Shown piece by piece: positions 13,043-25,639 of a DNA stretch of 64,000 nt. The notes below the pieces were generated by a model. The model did not search any database. It worked only from the letters and a program-made list of their open reading frames with translations, and was not told the origin of the DNA. This stretch comes from Cyanophora paradoxa CCMP329. Lineage: Eukaryota; Plantae; Glaucophyta. Position 1 is the stretch's first letter; the number at the start of each line of letters is the position of its first letter. The stretch is taken from positions 29,510 to 93,509 of the forward strand of contig QPMI01000673.1 in NCBI GenBank assembly GCA_004431415.1, in the 5' to 3' direction. A program made the position numbers and the translations under genes.

Positions 13043-16000
13043 ATGGCGGAGCGCACATCGCTTTTCGAGGAATGCAGCAGTTCAGAGGAGCTCAAGCGCA
13101 TGCTGGGGCTGCCGGTTCTGACATCTGAGGTGCGCTCTGCGCGGCTGCTCAAGAGCGGCCACTAGCGGCACCACCCAGTGGCTACTAGCTACGACATTCT
13201 CTTCGCGTCGACGCGCGGCCGGAATGTGAACTGAAACCGTTCTAGGTCATCGAGTACTTCGAGGAGCTGCGATCGACCAAGCGCGAGCTGCAAAAGTGGA
13301 AGCGACACGTCCACACGCTGGAACGAATCAACTCGGAGTTTGCGGTGAGCCAAGACTTCGAAACGGCCCGCGAAGGCATTTCACAAGCGCGCCTCGCAGG
13401 AGGAGCACCGGGAGCTCTCGCGCCTTCTCTTCGAGGCGCGTAACGACCTGGCGGCGACAAAGGGCGAGCGCGAGGAGGTCAAGGACCTCTGCCAGAGCCT
13501 CTACCGGCAGATCGAGACGCTGCGCGCCGAGAACTCGCGCCTGAGGCGGGCGGTGAAGACGGGCGAGGCGCCGGCGCCGCGGATGCCGGACCCGGAGCCC
13601 TCCGTGGCGGAGTTCCGCGGGCTCTACTCGAGCGTGCCTGCCTTCGTGGGGACGACCGGCAACAGCGTCGGCTCGAGCGTGCAGTGGGAGCTGAGCCCGA
13701 CGCGCCCCGCGACGGCGCGCGCGTACCGCCGGGCGCGCACCGCGGCGTACCGCACGCTGGGCGAGGACGACGGGGACGAGGCGTGGGCGGGCCCCGCGCG
13801 CCCGGCCCGGCGCCCCGCGAGCGCGGCGTCGGGTCGGCCTCGGAGGCGGCCAGCGACGCCGGCGCCGCCGACACCGACAGCGAGGCCGAGGCCGCCCCGC
13901 AGGCCCCCGCCGCCCTCTGGCCCGGCGCCGGCGAGCCGAAGACGCCGCCGCGCGTGCGGCCCGACCCGCCCTCGGGGAGGACGCCGCCGAACCTGCGCGC
14001 GCCGCCGCTCTCCCCGCCGGAGCCGATGCACCTGCACCCGGCGCCGCCGCCGCACCTCGGGGGCCCCTCGGTCTTCTCGCAGCGCCCCAGCGCCTGGCTC
14101 CTCTCCCTGCGCTCGCACCAGAGCCGTCTCGCCGCCCTCGAGCGCGAGCAGGCGGAGCGCGGCGGCGCCGGCGCCTCCCCAGCCAAGGCGCGCCGCGCGA
14201 AGCAACCCCCGCGGCTCTGCCGGGCCCCGCTGACGCCGACGGGCGCAGGCGAGCCCGTGGACGAGCCCGATCGGGGGCCTCTTCGAGTGGGGCCTGAGCA
14301 GCGGGAGCGGCTCGCCGGCGGGGTGGGACTACCGTAGCGCCGAGCGCGTGCGGCAGCTGCGGCGCACGGTGCAGGAGATGGCCGCCGCCCGCATCCAGGT
14401 CGCCCCCGCGCCCCCCTCTTCTCTCACCCCGCCTCCCGCTCACCCGCACCGCAGGCCGCCGCCCGCGGCTGGCGCACCCGCCGCGCCGTCGCCGAGCCCG
14501 TGCGCCGCGCCTCGCGCCGGCCTCTCCGCTGGGCGCGCGGGGGCCGACGGGGGCGGGGGCGCAGTGCGGCGTGTGATGAGCCGGTTCCGGGCGAAGCGGG
14601 AGCTGCTGACGACGGAGCGGAGCTACGTGGCCGGCCTGCGGACGCTCGTGGAGGTCTTCGCGCGGCCGATGCGGGAGGCGGCGCGGGGGCCGGGGCCGGC
14701 GGTGCCGGGGCGGCTGGTGGAGGAGCTCTTCGCGGGGGCGGAGGCGCTGTGGGCGGCGGGGCGCGTGCTCCTCGCTGAGCTCGAGGCGGAGGCCTCCCAG
14801 CCGCCCCGCTTCCAGGCCCTCGGCACCGTCCTCATGCGCCACGTCCCCGTCCTCCGCTCCCACTACACCGACTGGATCCGCGGCTGGAGCGCCGCCACCA
14901 CCGCCCTCACCCGCATCCGCTCCGCCCCCCCGGGCTCGCCCCTCGCCCCCGCCGCCGACCTCGTCCGCGTGCGCCCCGCCCGCCACCGCCCCCGCCGCCC
15001 CCGCCGCCCCGGCTGAGGGGGCGGGGCAGCGGCTGGAGGGGGACGAGCGGTGCCGGGGCCAGGGGCTGGACTCGCTGCTGATCACGCCGGTGCAGCGGGT
15101 GCCGCGCTACATCCTCCTGCTGGAGACGCTGCTGGGGCACACCGAGGGGCACCACCCCGAGTACGCCGACCTGCGCCAGGCCCTCCACGTCTGCCGCCAG
15201 CTCGCCGCCACCATCTCCGAGGCCCGCGGACAGGCCGAGAACGCGGCGCGCATCCTCCGCATCGAGGCCGCCGTGCAGCGGGGCCCGCGGCGGGGCGGCC
15301 TCCCGCGCCTCCTCGCCCCGCACCGCCGCCTCGTCCGCGACGGCGCCGTCTCGCTGGTGGCGGCCGAGAGCAAGCAGAGCGCCGCCGCCGCCCTCCTCTC
15401 CAGCATCGTCGGCCTGCAGAGGCCGGCCCCGGAGCGCCGCGAGCGCGTCCTCTACCTCTTCAACGACGTCCTGCTGTGCGCGGAGAACGTCGAGCCGGCG
15501 TCGGGCGGGGAGGGGGCGGAGCGGGAGCGGGGCCCGGCCCTCGCGGTCGAGTTCGTGCTCCGCCTCGAGCGCGCCGTCGTCGAGGAGCTCCCCGACCCCC
15601 CTCCCCCCCCCCCCCCCCCCCCCCCCCCCAGCTGCCCCGCCCGCCCGCCCTCCCGCTTGCTCGTCTGACGTGGCGTCTCGCCGCAGCCGAGGCGGGGGCG
15701 CCGCAGTACCGCTTCGTGCTGCGCTCGGCGCCCTCGGACCCGCTCGGCCTCGCCGCGCACCCGGCGATCACGCCGGGGACGGGGCGGCCGTCCGACGTCG
15801 GGGTGCCGCGCACGAGCTCGGGCGGCGAGGGCGGGGTGGAGGGCAGGGAGGAGCACGTGCTGGCGGCGGGGAGCGCCGAGGAGCGGCGGGCGTGGGTGAA
15901 GCAGATCCGGCGCTGCATCCGGGAGCTGCAGAAGGCGATCGCGTCGTGCGAGCGGCTGCTGGCGGTGCCGGCGGAGCTGCGGGCGGCGCGGCGCGTGATC

Positions 16001-16602
16001 GCGGCGGACGTCGAGGCCCGGCGGCTCATCGCCGGCGAGCTCGCCGCGGAGACGGAGCGGCTGATGGCCGCCGACGAGGCCCTCGCCCGCCTCGCCGCCG
16101 AGGCGGCGCGCGCCCCGCCGGCCGCCCAGCAGGAGGCGACGCGGCGCCTGCGGGAGGCGCAGGCGCACCGGGGCACGCTCCTGGGGAACCTCGCGCGCCT
16201 CCTCGCCGCCTCGTCCAGCGTGTGCGAGCGGCTCGAGGCCGCCCGCGCCCGCGCGCAGCGCGACGCCCTCATCGCCGCCGTCCTCCCGCAGCTCGCCCAC
16301 CTCTTCGCCGCCCGCCCGCCCCCGACGACTCCGAGCCCGAGGCCGCCCCCCGCGACTCGCTCAGCCCGGGGCCCCCGCGCGGGGCGGAGGCGGGACGCGG
16401 GGCGGGGGCGGCGGGGCGGGGGGGGCGGGAGTCGGTCTTCCCGCGGCGGGACTCGTTCGACCTCTCCGCCTCGGCGTCGGCGGCGGCCTCGCTGCGGGAG
16501 GCGGGGCCCCTGCACCGCACCTGGTCCGAGCGGCCCCGCGCCTCCTCCATCCCCTCCATCCACCCCGCCCCGCCCCTCCGCTCCCCCCTCAACCTCTTCT
16601 GA
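13043..16602 (+). CDS. Rho GEF (coiled-coil + DH + PH domains)
   Basis: ELLTTERSYVAGLRTLVEVF, LDSLLITPVQRVPRYILLLETLLGHT, ERVLYLFNDVLL, SAEERRAWVKQIRRCI. Confidence 0.9.
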
Positions 16603-16724
16603 AGGCGCTCCCCCGCCCCCGCTTTCCATTTCGCTCTCGAGCTCAGCCCTAGATCCAGGGCGGGTTTTGCGGGTTTAGCGATGATATTGTAAAGAGTACA
16701 TAGGTTCGCAGTGCGCAGGCGCGC

Positions 16725-18064
16725 CTAGGGCTGCTGGTACCACTCGCCGGGGGGGCGGTTGACGTAGCGGGTGGCGTAGCAGCGGAGCTCGGAGGGGAAG
16801 CCCTCGAGGGCCGCCGTCAGCCCCGCCGGCAGCTCCCCGGCCGCCCCGAGAGGCGCGCGAACATTGGCGGGGAGGACGGCGGCGCGGGCGGCGTCGCGGG
16901 GGCCGGCGCAGAAGAAGGAGGTGCCGGAGCCGGACATGAGGACGGTGTCGAAGTGCTCTGCGAGGCGGGCCTTGAGCTCGGCGAGCAGCGGCAGCTCGCT
17001 GAACGAGGCCGCCTCGAGGTCGTTGACGTAGTCGGCCGCAGCGGCGCGCCCGGTGAGGTGGGCGGCGAGGAGGGCCTCGGGGTCGGCTCGGCTCAGCGCC
17101 TCCAGGTCCAGCGCCTTGAAGATGCGGCCCGTGCTGAGGCCCTCCCGCGGCTTCACGACGTACAGCTCCCGCCCGGGGAGCGGGGCGAGGGGCCGCAGGA
17201 TCTCGCCCCGCCCCGTGCAGTAGGCGGTGCCCTCCGAGAGGAAGAAGGAGATGTCGGAGCCGAACTCGGCGCCCCAGTCCGCCAGCGCCTGCGGCGCCAC
17301 GCCGGCGCCCGCCAGCTCGTTCATCGCCCACAGCGCCGTCGCCGCGTTCGCGCTGCCACCCCCGAGGCCGGCCTCGAAGGGGACGCGCTTCTCGATGTGC
17401 GCGCGGAAGCGCTGCGCGTAGCCCGTCTTCGAGCGGAAGAGCGCCATCGCCTTCAGCACCAGGTTCGAGCCGTCCACGGGCACGCCGGGCTCCGAGCACG
17501 TCAGCGCGTCCTCCGCCCCGTCGATCTGCGCCGCGCGGTGCGGCGGCGCGGCCCCGCCGGTCGGCGGCGCGCGGGCCGGCGGGCGCAGCTAGGATCGGGG
17601 CGCACGGGGGTGAAGGAGATTGAGTCGCCCAGGCCGATCGCCTGGAAGAGCGAGGCGAGGTCGTGGTAGCCGTCCTCGCGCCGCCGGATGATCCGCAGGA
17701 AGAGGTTCACCTTCGACGGCGAGAAGTACGTCCTAGTCGCGCCGTCTGCGCGAGGACGGCCCGGCGAGGGGAGGCGCTGCAGTTAGCTAGTCCGGGCCGC
17801 CGGCGGTGATGCGCGGGACAAATCTGCCGCACCGGCCGACGCGAAGACCACGAAGCCCGATGCGGCCCGGCATGCCTTTGACGGCTCGAAGATCGCAACG
17901 CGCTCGCCCCAGAACGCCGAGGCGAGCCGGCCGCCGCGCGCGCGGATCGTCCTCCGCTCCTCGCCCGCGAAGCTGGATTCGCAGCATCTGGAGCTGTCGA
18001 TGCTAGAGAACTGCGCCGCTGGCCGGCAGGGCGCCGGGACGGAGAATGCGAGGCGCGGCGCCAT
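16725..18064 (-). CDS. ispE: 4-diphosphocytidyl-2-C-methyl-D-erythritol kinase (MEP pathway), probable plastid transit peptide
   Basis: SPSKVNLFLRIIRRREDGYHDLASLFQAI, AGLGGGSANAATAL, GSDISFF, LMSGSGTSFF; N-terminal extension MAPRLAFSVPAP. Confidence 0.95.
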
Positions 18065-18100
18065 TGCGGTGTACCCGCTCCGAACTCGTTCCCGGGTATC

Positions 18101-20143
18101 ATGGCCGGCGCGTTCTCCTCCGGCAGGTCCCGGCGGGTCGCTGACGTTCGCAAGCAGGCAACAAGCGCAAGGAGAAGCGGAAGCTTTCGCAGGAGGAGGG
18201 CGAGGCGGAGGAGGACGAGGTTAACCTCCTGCCGGAGCCCGGACGCGGTTCGCGCGCCCCGCCTCGTACGCTGCGTCGCGCTCAGACTCGCGCAGCGGAT
18301 GCTGCCGTCGAGCCTGCGCCGGCGGAGGCGGGTCCGTCCGGATCGACTGGCCAGCGCGGCGCAGCTGGCCACGCCGCGGTGCCCGCCGAGGACGTCGAAG
18401 CATGCGCGAGGATGATTTCGGAGCAGCTTTCCCCGCGCTTCATCCCAGAGACTCTGCACGGCGTCGACGAGCAGCGCCAGTGCGCTTTCCCGCCTTTCTT
18501 GTCGTCGCCGCAGCGCTGACGTGCAAGGGGCAGGAAGCTATACGAGATGCTCGAGCACAGCGTGATGCGAGGGCACAACCACTCTGCTCTGCTCATCGGG
18601 CCCCGCGGCTGCGGGAAGTCGCTCGTGCGCTGCGTAGCATTCCACACGTCATGCGATTCGCGGCAGGGGCTTGACTCGAAGCGCGGGGCAGGTGCTGCGG
18701 CACGTGATGCGGGAGCTGCGGCGGCTGGCGGAGAGGCGTGAGGGGGAGGAGCGGCGGGAGGGCGGGGAGCGCGGGTTCGGGGAGGTCTACCTGAACGGGC
18801 TCGTGCAGACGGACGACAAGGAGGCGGTGAAGAGCATCTCGCAGCAGCTCTGCATCGAGCTCAAGAAGGAGATCAAGGCGACGGCGTCGCACGCGGAGCT
18901 GCTGCGCTTCGTGTGCGGGACGATTAAGGAGGGGGCGCGCCCGACGGTCTTCGTTCTCGACGAGTTCGACCTCTTCGCGCAGCGGAAGAAGCAGACGCTG
19001 CTCTACAACCTCCTCGACCTCATGCAGTCCTCCCGCGCCCACCTCGCCCTCGTCGGCCTCACCACCCGCCTCGCGCGCCCCGCCCCGCCCCGCCCCGCCC
19101 CAGCCCGGCCCGCCTGACGCTCCCGGGCAGGACGCGGCGGAGCTGATGGAGAAGCGCGTGCGCTCGCGCTTCTCCCACCGCCAAGTCCTCTTCCTCGGGC
19201 CCCCCTCCGTGGACGCCTTCGCATCCGCCGCTGCCTCCCTCCTCACCCCGCCCGGCCCGCCCCCGCCCACCGCGAGCCCGAGCCGAGCCGGCGCCCCGCC
19301 GGGGAAGCGGGCGCGGCTGGATGCGGGCGCGGGGGCGGGCGGGGCGGGGCGGGAGGCGTACTTGGCGGAGTTCGGGCGGCGGGTGCAGGGGCTGCTGTGC
19401 GGGGAGGCGGCCCCGCGCGCGCGGACCTCCAGGAGCGCTTCGAGGCCTCCCGTCACCTCGGCGACCTCCTCCCCCTCCTCGTCCGCCCCGCCCCGCCCGC
19501 CCCCTCCCGCCCCCTCGCTGAGGCCCGCCAGCGCTCCCTCGTGCTCTCCCTCGGCCCCAGGCGCCCGTACATCGACCCGGCGGCGTGGGCGGCGTGCGTC
19601 CGCGCGCACCGCGCGCCGCCGGCCCGCTTCACCGTCCTCGTCTCCGGTGCGGCTGCGCGGCGGGGCGGGGCCGGGGCGGGGGCGGGGAGGCGATGCGGGG
19701 CGGCAGGGCTGTCGACGCTGGAGGCGATCGCGCTGATCGCCATGCGGCGGCTCGAGGTGAAGCAGCGCGACTCGTACAACTTCCACATGCTCTGGGACGA
19801 GTACTCCAGGCCCGCCCACCCCGCGCCCACCCCGCCCCGCCCTGCCGCCTCGCGCTGACGGGGGCGGGGCAGGTTCCTGGGGTCGACGCGGACGACGGAC
19901 GCGTACAGCCGGGAGCTGCTGCTGAAGGCCTTCGAGCGGCTCGTGGCCCTCGAGGTCGCGCGCATGGCCGACGGGCGCCCGGCGACGGGCCCCATGGCCG
20001 AGTACCGCCCCGCCCGCCTCCTCGTGACTGCCGAGGAGGCCCGGCGCGCCATCGCCGAGGGCCTCCCTGACCTCCCCACCACCGTCCGCCACTGGGCCGA
20101 GCACGACGAGCTCTCCGACTACTCCCTCCCCAAGATGCTCTAG
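18101..20143 (+). CDS. ORC4: Origin recognition complex subunit 4
   Basis: Walker A LLIGPRGCGKS, VYLNGLVQTDD, VFVLDEFDLFAQRKKQTLLYNLLD, EKRVRSRFSHRQ. Start inferred via a GC-AG first intron. Confidence 0.9.
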
Positions 20144-20394
20144 CCCCGCCTGCACGCCCCTGCGACGAGCGCTCTGAAACACTGTAACGCATACATTCGT
20201 ACTTATCATAGTGTGCTGTCTTACTTAGTTACATCAATAATCTTGAAAGGTATACGCTCAATGAAATCTACTGCATTAGCTGCACTGCATTTATTACTGC
20301 CCATTATCTGTTCACGTCCGCATATGGATGGAGATACCGTAGTACACCTCTGATGCTCTGCTTGTGTTCTTCTGGACCCGGGAAGTTCTGGCAG

Positions 20395-21990
20395 TCACGA
20401 GGCGGCGGGCTTCGGCTTGGGCTGCGCGCGCCAGCGACGCCGTCAGCCGGGGGTACCCGTGGGGCGCGGCGGGACTCAGGGAGGGGGCGGTGGGGCGGTG
20501 GGGCGGTGGGGGGACCTGGAGGCCGATGGCGCGCACGAAGTCGATCCACTGCGAGACCCCGAGGTACGTGTTCACCAGCCGCAGCGCCACCGTCGTCGCA
20601 AAGGGCAGCGCCGTCCCCGCCGCCCGCCGGTACACCTCCCCTTCCACCCCGTTCACCGCCTGCCCGCCGCCCCGCCGTCAGCCGGCTGCGCGCGCGGCGA
20701 GCAAGAAGCAGGGGGGGCGGACCTGGAGGCGCAGATTGGATGCGGTGCTCATGAAGGCGAACCAGGCGAGGCCCGTGAAGAGGTACCGGGGCCGGGGCGG
20801 CGCCGGGACCGCCTCGCCGGCGCGGAGGCGGCGGCGGCGGTTGAGCTCGAGGAGGGCGGCGGTGATGCCCGTGCCGACGATGCCGGCCGTGAAGCCGACG
20901 CTTCCGAGGAGGAGGCCCTTGTAGACCACGGCCGCCGCCCGCTGGGCCGCCGTGTAGGGCGCGGCCCCCGCCGGGGAGCGGGCGAGGGCGTAGGGGGGCA
21001 GGGCGGCGAGGTAGCGCCGCAGGGGGCCCTTGCCGGCACCGCTCAGCTCCAGCGTCGGCGCCATGATCGCGAAGAGCTGCCGGGGCGCCCCGCAGAGCGC
21101 GCCGGCTCAGCGGGGCGCGAGGGGCCGCGGCCGGCGCGGGGCGTCGCAACTCACGAGAAAGTTCGTGACGCGCCCTACAATGAAGTTTGCTGGGGGAGGG
21201 GGGTACAATTCACTAAGCGCGCGGGTCCGGAGGGCGGAGGGGGGGGGGGGGGGGGGGGGGCGCCACCTATGACGTAGTCGAGCTCGCGCAGAAAGCCGTC
21301 GCCGCGCTTCTTGAGCTCGGAGGCGAGGACGAGGACGGTGGAGATGCCCTGCTCGACCCACGCCTTGCGCACCATGTCGGGGTCGGCCAGCGCCCGGTCC
21401 CGGAACGCGCGGCTGCGCATCAGCTGCCGCATCACGGGGCCCCGCCGCAGCGCCTCCAGCCGCTCCACCACGTCGGCGTCGATGAGGCCCTCCTCCAGCG
21501 CCCGCCGCAGGTCCTCCGGCAGCTCCACCGCCGCCTCCTCCCCGTCCCCCTCCCCCCCTGACCCCCCCGCACCGCCTCCCCCGCCGCCGCCTCCTCCCCG
21601 GCCCCGGCCGCTCCCTCCGCCGTGCCCATCACCCGGCCCGGAGCCCTCAGAGGTCAGAGTTTCGGAAGGCTCCGCCGCGGGCCACGGCACCGGCGCCTGT
21701 GCAGAGGGCGCCGACGTCGAGGGTGCCAGAGAGGCCGATGGGGGCGCCTCGAAGTGGACTGCGGGCAGCGGCTCTTGAGGGCCGGCGCACACGAAGAGAC
21801 GTCGTCGACGACGCTCATGGTTCGCCGCTGGGCTGCAGTGAGTGCTGGGGCTCGAGGAGCGCACGTGCACGTGCTCGCACAGCGTGCCAGCGCCGTGCAC
21901 TCTTTCGACGGGGCTGAACAACACGTTTCGACGCTCAAGTCCGCCAGCCGCGACCGCGAAAGCCGGTGCAGGCGCTCCACGTGCTGACAT
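20395..21990 (-). CDS. RETICULATA-related (DUF3411) plastid envelope protein
   Basis: Gly-rich linker, RDRALADP..VEQGI...ELKKRGDGFLRELDYV, YKGLLLGSVGFTAGIVGTG, FMSTASNLR, LGVSQWIDFVRAIGLQ; transit-peptide-like N-terminus. Confidence 0.85.
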
Positions 21991-22300
21991 TTTCCTGAGA
22001 CGTGCTGCGTGAGAACCAGGCAGCTCACCGACGAAGAAGCTCACCTTGCGAGTCGCAGCGTGCGCTCAGTGGCCAGGCGCCTCAGAGGACGAGCGCTTTG
22101 CCGATGTTGAGCCTCTACCCCCCCCGCTGCCTGGTGCAGGGATTCCTCAGCGCATATGAGTAATCTCACTGATTCCTCAGCGCATTGATAACACAAGCAT
22201 GCTAGCTGCGGACTACGCAGGAGCTAGCTGGGTCTGTGCTACCTACGGGGGCGACAAGCCTGCGGGCAACGGCGATATCGTAGCGGCGATATCGTAGCTG

Positions 22301-22552
22301 AAATCGTAATCGCAAACATCGTAGCTGATAGGACTTGAAATCGTAATCGCAACATCGTACTCGCAACCTAGCTCCGCTAGAATCGTAATCGCAACCTAGC
22401 TCCGGGCCGCTAGAATCGTAATCGCGCGCAACCTAGCTCCGCTAGAATCGTAATCGCAACCTATAGCTAGCCTCCGCTAGAATCGTAATCGCAACCTAGC
22501 CTCCGCCCCTTCAATCGTAATCGCAACCTCGTAATCGCAACCTCGTAATCGC
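22301..22552. repeat. Degenerate tandem repeat, core TCGTAATCGC(AACCTAGCTCCGCTAGAA), about 10 copies
   Basis: Directly visible reiterated units of roughly 14-35 bp. Confidence 0.9.
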
Positions 22553-22560
22553 TCGAAAGC

Positions 22561-22890
22561 TTAGCAGAGATTACAGAGCGATGAACAGCACACAATCACA
22601 GCCGCTTCATTTACAGAGGGCGGGCGCAGCTGGAGAGGGAACGGTCCGCCAAGATTGACAAAGAGAACGCGATCCTGGTAGACAAGTTGAATAATCCTGG
22701 TAGACCAGATAAGCTCCCAGAGCTGCCCAAGGCCCGGCACCCACATCCGAGGACCAGGAAGCATCTGTGATTGCTTTGCCACACTCAGGCGCTCCACCGC
22801 AGCGAGGGCAGCGAGGCCCGCCGCCGCGCCGCCGGCAATCAAGCCGGCCTTCGACGACACGCCCTCCAGCTGCGTCGGCGTCAATTCTGA
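22561..22890 (-). pseudogene. Possible N-terminal fragment of a cytochrome P450 (CYP710/ERG5-like)
   Basis: Hydrophobic anchor followed by ERLSVAKQSQMLPGPRMWVPGLGQLWELIW resembles a P450 proline hinge; no downstream P450 body. Confidence 0.3.
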
Positions 22891-23280
22891 GTAGGTGGTG
22901 ACAATGCAGAGCTGCGTCGCATATGCGCAGCGCACCACCATCGCGGCTCAAGCTTCTTGACGTCGTTCTCGCTACACTAAAATCACGCACCCCACTTACC
23001 TCAGGTTCCCTCGGAGCTTCTTCCCCCCTCCTTCTGCAATCTTTACCCCGGCCGGCGGTCAAACAACGTGCATGCACGTGAAATTTCACCCTGGTGCGCC
23101 TCGTTTCGTCTCAAGACTCTCAACAGAGCTGAGTGCTGGTGCGCCTCGTTTCGTCTCAAGACGCCAGCACCGACTGATTCCTCAGCCATCCTGCGGCGAG
23201 CCTGCCGCGAGTCCTGCGCTGCGGCGGACCTGCTCAGACTGTCTGCTAGCCTCGTTTACGCTACAGCACGCGTGGCGAGC

Positions 23281-24568
23281 ATGGCTGCCGCAGTATGCCT
23301 CGCAAACGGGAGCCGCATGCCGGTGCTCGGACGTGCGCAATGCCCCAGCGTATTGAGTTATGGAGTAGCTAAGCGGTCGGCGGCCGGCAGTGGGCACCTG
23401 GCAGGTGAAAGGCGTTGCCTGCAAGAACGCGGTCCTCTGGGCGCTGCGAGAAGGGTGCAGGCACATTGACACTGCAGCGATATACCAGAACGAGGCCGAG
23501 GTCGCGCAGGCCATCGCGGAGAGTGGCGTGCCTAGGGAGGACGTGTACATAACCACCAAACTCTCGCCGTACGATCAGGGATACGAGGAGGCGAAGAAGG
23601 CGCTCGCCACCTCCTTGCAAAACCTGCGGACGTCATACGTCGACCTCTACCTCATGCACTGGCCCGGAAAGTCCCGCATCCCTCCGTGCGCCGTCGTCCA
23701 CGCGCGCGCAGCGGCTAGCGCGCGCTAGCTCTAGCGCTGCGCCAGGTGAGCGGCGCACCGCAGGACCTCGGAGGAGAATCGGGTGAAGCGGGAGGCAAGC
23801 TGGCGGGCCATGGAGGAGGCGTACGAGGCCGGGTTATGCCGGGCCATCGGCGTGGTGCGAATGCATGCGACGCAGTGGCGCTGGCTGCGCTGGCCGCCCG
23901 GGCCCGCCGACCGGTCCCTCCCGATCGCAGTCGAACTTCACGGTGTCGCATATGCAGGAGCTCCTCGCAACGTGCCGCGTGCCGCCTTCCGTCAACCAGG
24001 CACGCAGTCCGGATCCAGCTGCAGCTCGTTTGCGAGGGCGCGGGGGCTGGGGCGGGGCGCAGGTTGAGCTGCACCCGGCGCTGCAGCAGCGGGAGCTGGT
24101 GCAGTGGTGCCGGGAGCGCGGCGTGCAGATCGAGGCGTACAGCCCCCTCGGCGTGGGCCACGTGCGAAGCGACCCCGCCCCGCTCCGGCGCCGCGCGCGC
24201 GCTCCGGCTTAGGACCGGGGACACGGCGCGACAGCTGCTGAAGGAGGCGGCCGTGCTGAGCGTCGCGGGGCGCCGAGGGGCCAGCCCGGCTCAGGTCCTC
24301 ATACGCTGGGGCCTGCAGAAGGGCTACGGTGCGCTCGGGGCCCTGGCATCGGTCCGCGCTCGGGGCGCGCCTCCCTCGTGACCGGGGCGGCCGCGGGGCG
24401 CATGCGTATGCAGTGGTGATCCCGAGGAGCGCGCGGGAGGAGGGCGTGCGGGAGAACTGGGCGTCCCTCTCGGTGCAGCTGACCGCCGAGGACGTGCGCG
24501 AGATGGACGGCATCGAGGAGGCGCGCGGCACCCGCCGCTTCTGCTGGGACCCCTCCGGCGTCCGATAG
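23281..24568 (+). CDS. Aldo-keto reductase
   Basis: LANGSRMPVLG.GTWQ, GCRHIDTAAIYQNE, YVDLYLMHWP, AIGVSNF, IEAYSPLG, SPAQVLIRWGLQKG, VIPRS. Confidence 0.95.
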
Positions 24569-24622
24569 CGCAGGCAACTGCCTCAGACGAAATTCAAAGA
24601 AGAAAGCTGGGAAACGGAAATC

Positions 24623-25543
24623 CTATGCGGAGCGCGACAGAGTTCCTGAGTCTAGATCTAGGGAGTGCGGGTGAGATTGGTGCGGAGGGGATTCGGGGGT
24701 GGAGCCCGAGGCTGAAGGGGAGTCCTGCCCTGCATCTAGACTGGCTATTCCTGCGGAGACTACGGCGCAGCTGGAGGAGGCTCCGCTTTCTTGGCCAGCC
24801 GGCGGTGCCTCCGTCTCGGGCAGCCCAGCTCCGCTCGCTGCTGCTGCTTCTGCGGCGGCAGCCGCCTCCCGAACTGCTCTAAGCTGAGCTGCGGCCGCTG
24901 CGCGCTCCGGCAGCTGGCGGCGGATCTCAACGTATATGTCTTCCGGCGGCCTGCCGGACAAGGAGCGCGCCAACTTGCCCTTCTTCTCCGCGTCGGCGAT
25001 GCACCGCTCCTCCGGGCACAGGTACGCCGAGCGCCCGAACATTCCCTTGCGCAACCCGACGGTGTACGTTGATCCCGATCCAGGGACCACGTGCCGCACG
25101 ACCCGAAAGAGCTCCGCTTGTGGCGTGTACTCGCGGCAGGAGACGCACAGTCGCCAGTGCATGCCCTTGGGCCGCATGCTCCGCCCTGTCACGCGAGGCT
25201 TGCGGACAAGCCGTTGCTGCTGCGACGGTTGAGGTGGGGCAGGGGCCTGGCTGGGCGCTGACTGGGCACCGCCACGGCCCGCTGATTGTGATCGAGGGTT
25301 GCGCTGGCCGCGGGACTGGGCGGTCGCGACGAAGCTACGCGGCTGAAAGCTCCACTGCACCTTCTGCGGCCCGTGGCCGCGCACGGAAGCGCCCCTGAAG
25401 AGCGAAGATTGGAGCGCTGGGTTGTGGGGGGCGGCGGTCTGCCAATCCAAGCTCGATCTGAAGTTCGCCGGCCGCATGCTGCCCGTGAGCGGCGGGCCCG
25501 CTGCGGGCAGCCAAAGCGCGAAGGGCAACTGCGGCTGTGTCAT
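24623..25543 (-). CDS. ylxR: YlxR/DUF448 family RNA-binding protein with N-terminal extension, apparently intronless
   Basis: RLCVSCRE..PQAELFRVVR...GRSAYLCPEERCIADAEKKGKLARSL...PEDIY. Confidence 0.8.
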   Translation of the reverse strand: MTQPQLPFALWLPAAGPPLTGSMRPANFRSSLDWQTAAPHNPALQSSLFRGASVRGHGPQKVQWSFQPRSFVATAQSRGQRNPRSQSAGRGGAQSAPSQAPAPPQPSQQQRLVRKPRVTGRSMRPKGMHWRLCVSCREYTPQAELFRVVRHVVPGSGSTYTVGLRKGMFGRSAYLCPEERCIADAEKKGKLARSLSGRPPEDIYVEIRRQLPERAAAAAQLRAVREAAAAAEAAAASGAGLPETEAPPAGQESGASSSCAVVSAGIASLDAGQDSPSASGSTPESPPHQSHPHSLDLDSGTLSRSA

Positions 25544-25639
25544 GTTACTGGAGTTCGATATGGTGCTGGAATGATGAATATAAGAGCGCTGTTGTGAGCG
25601 GTGCTGATACAAAGCGCGAAGGAGGACTGCCACACCCGG

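Noticed and set aside
22301-22552. Repeat array as CRISPR or telomere
   Set aside because: Inter-repeat sequences are themselves degenerate repeats, unit length is irregular, and it is not a telomeric motif.
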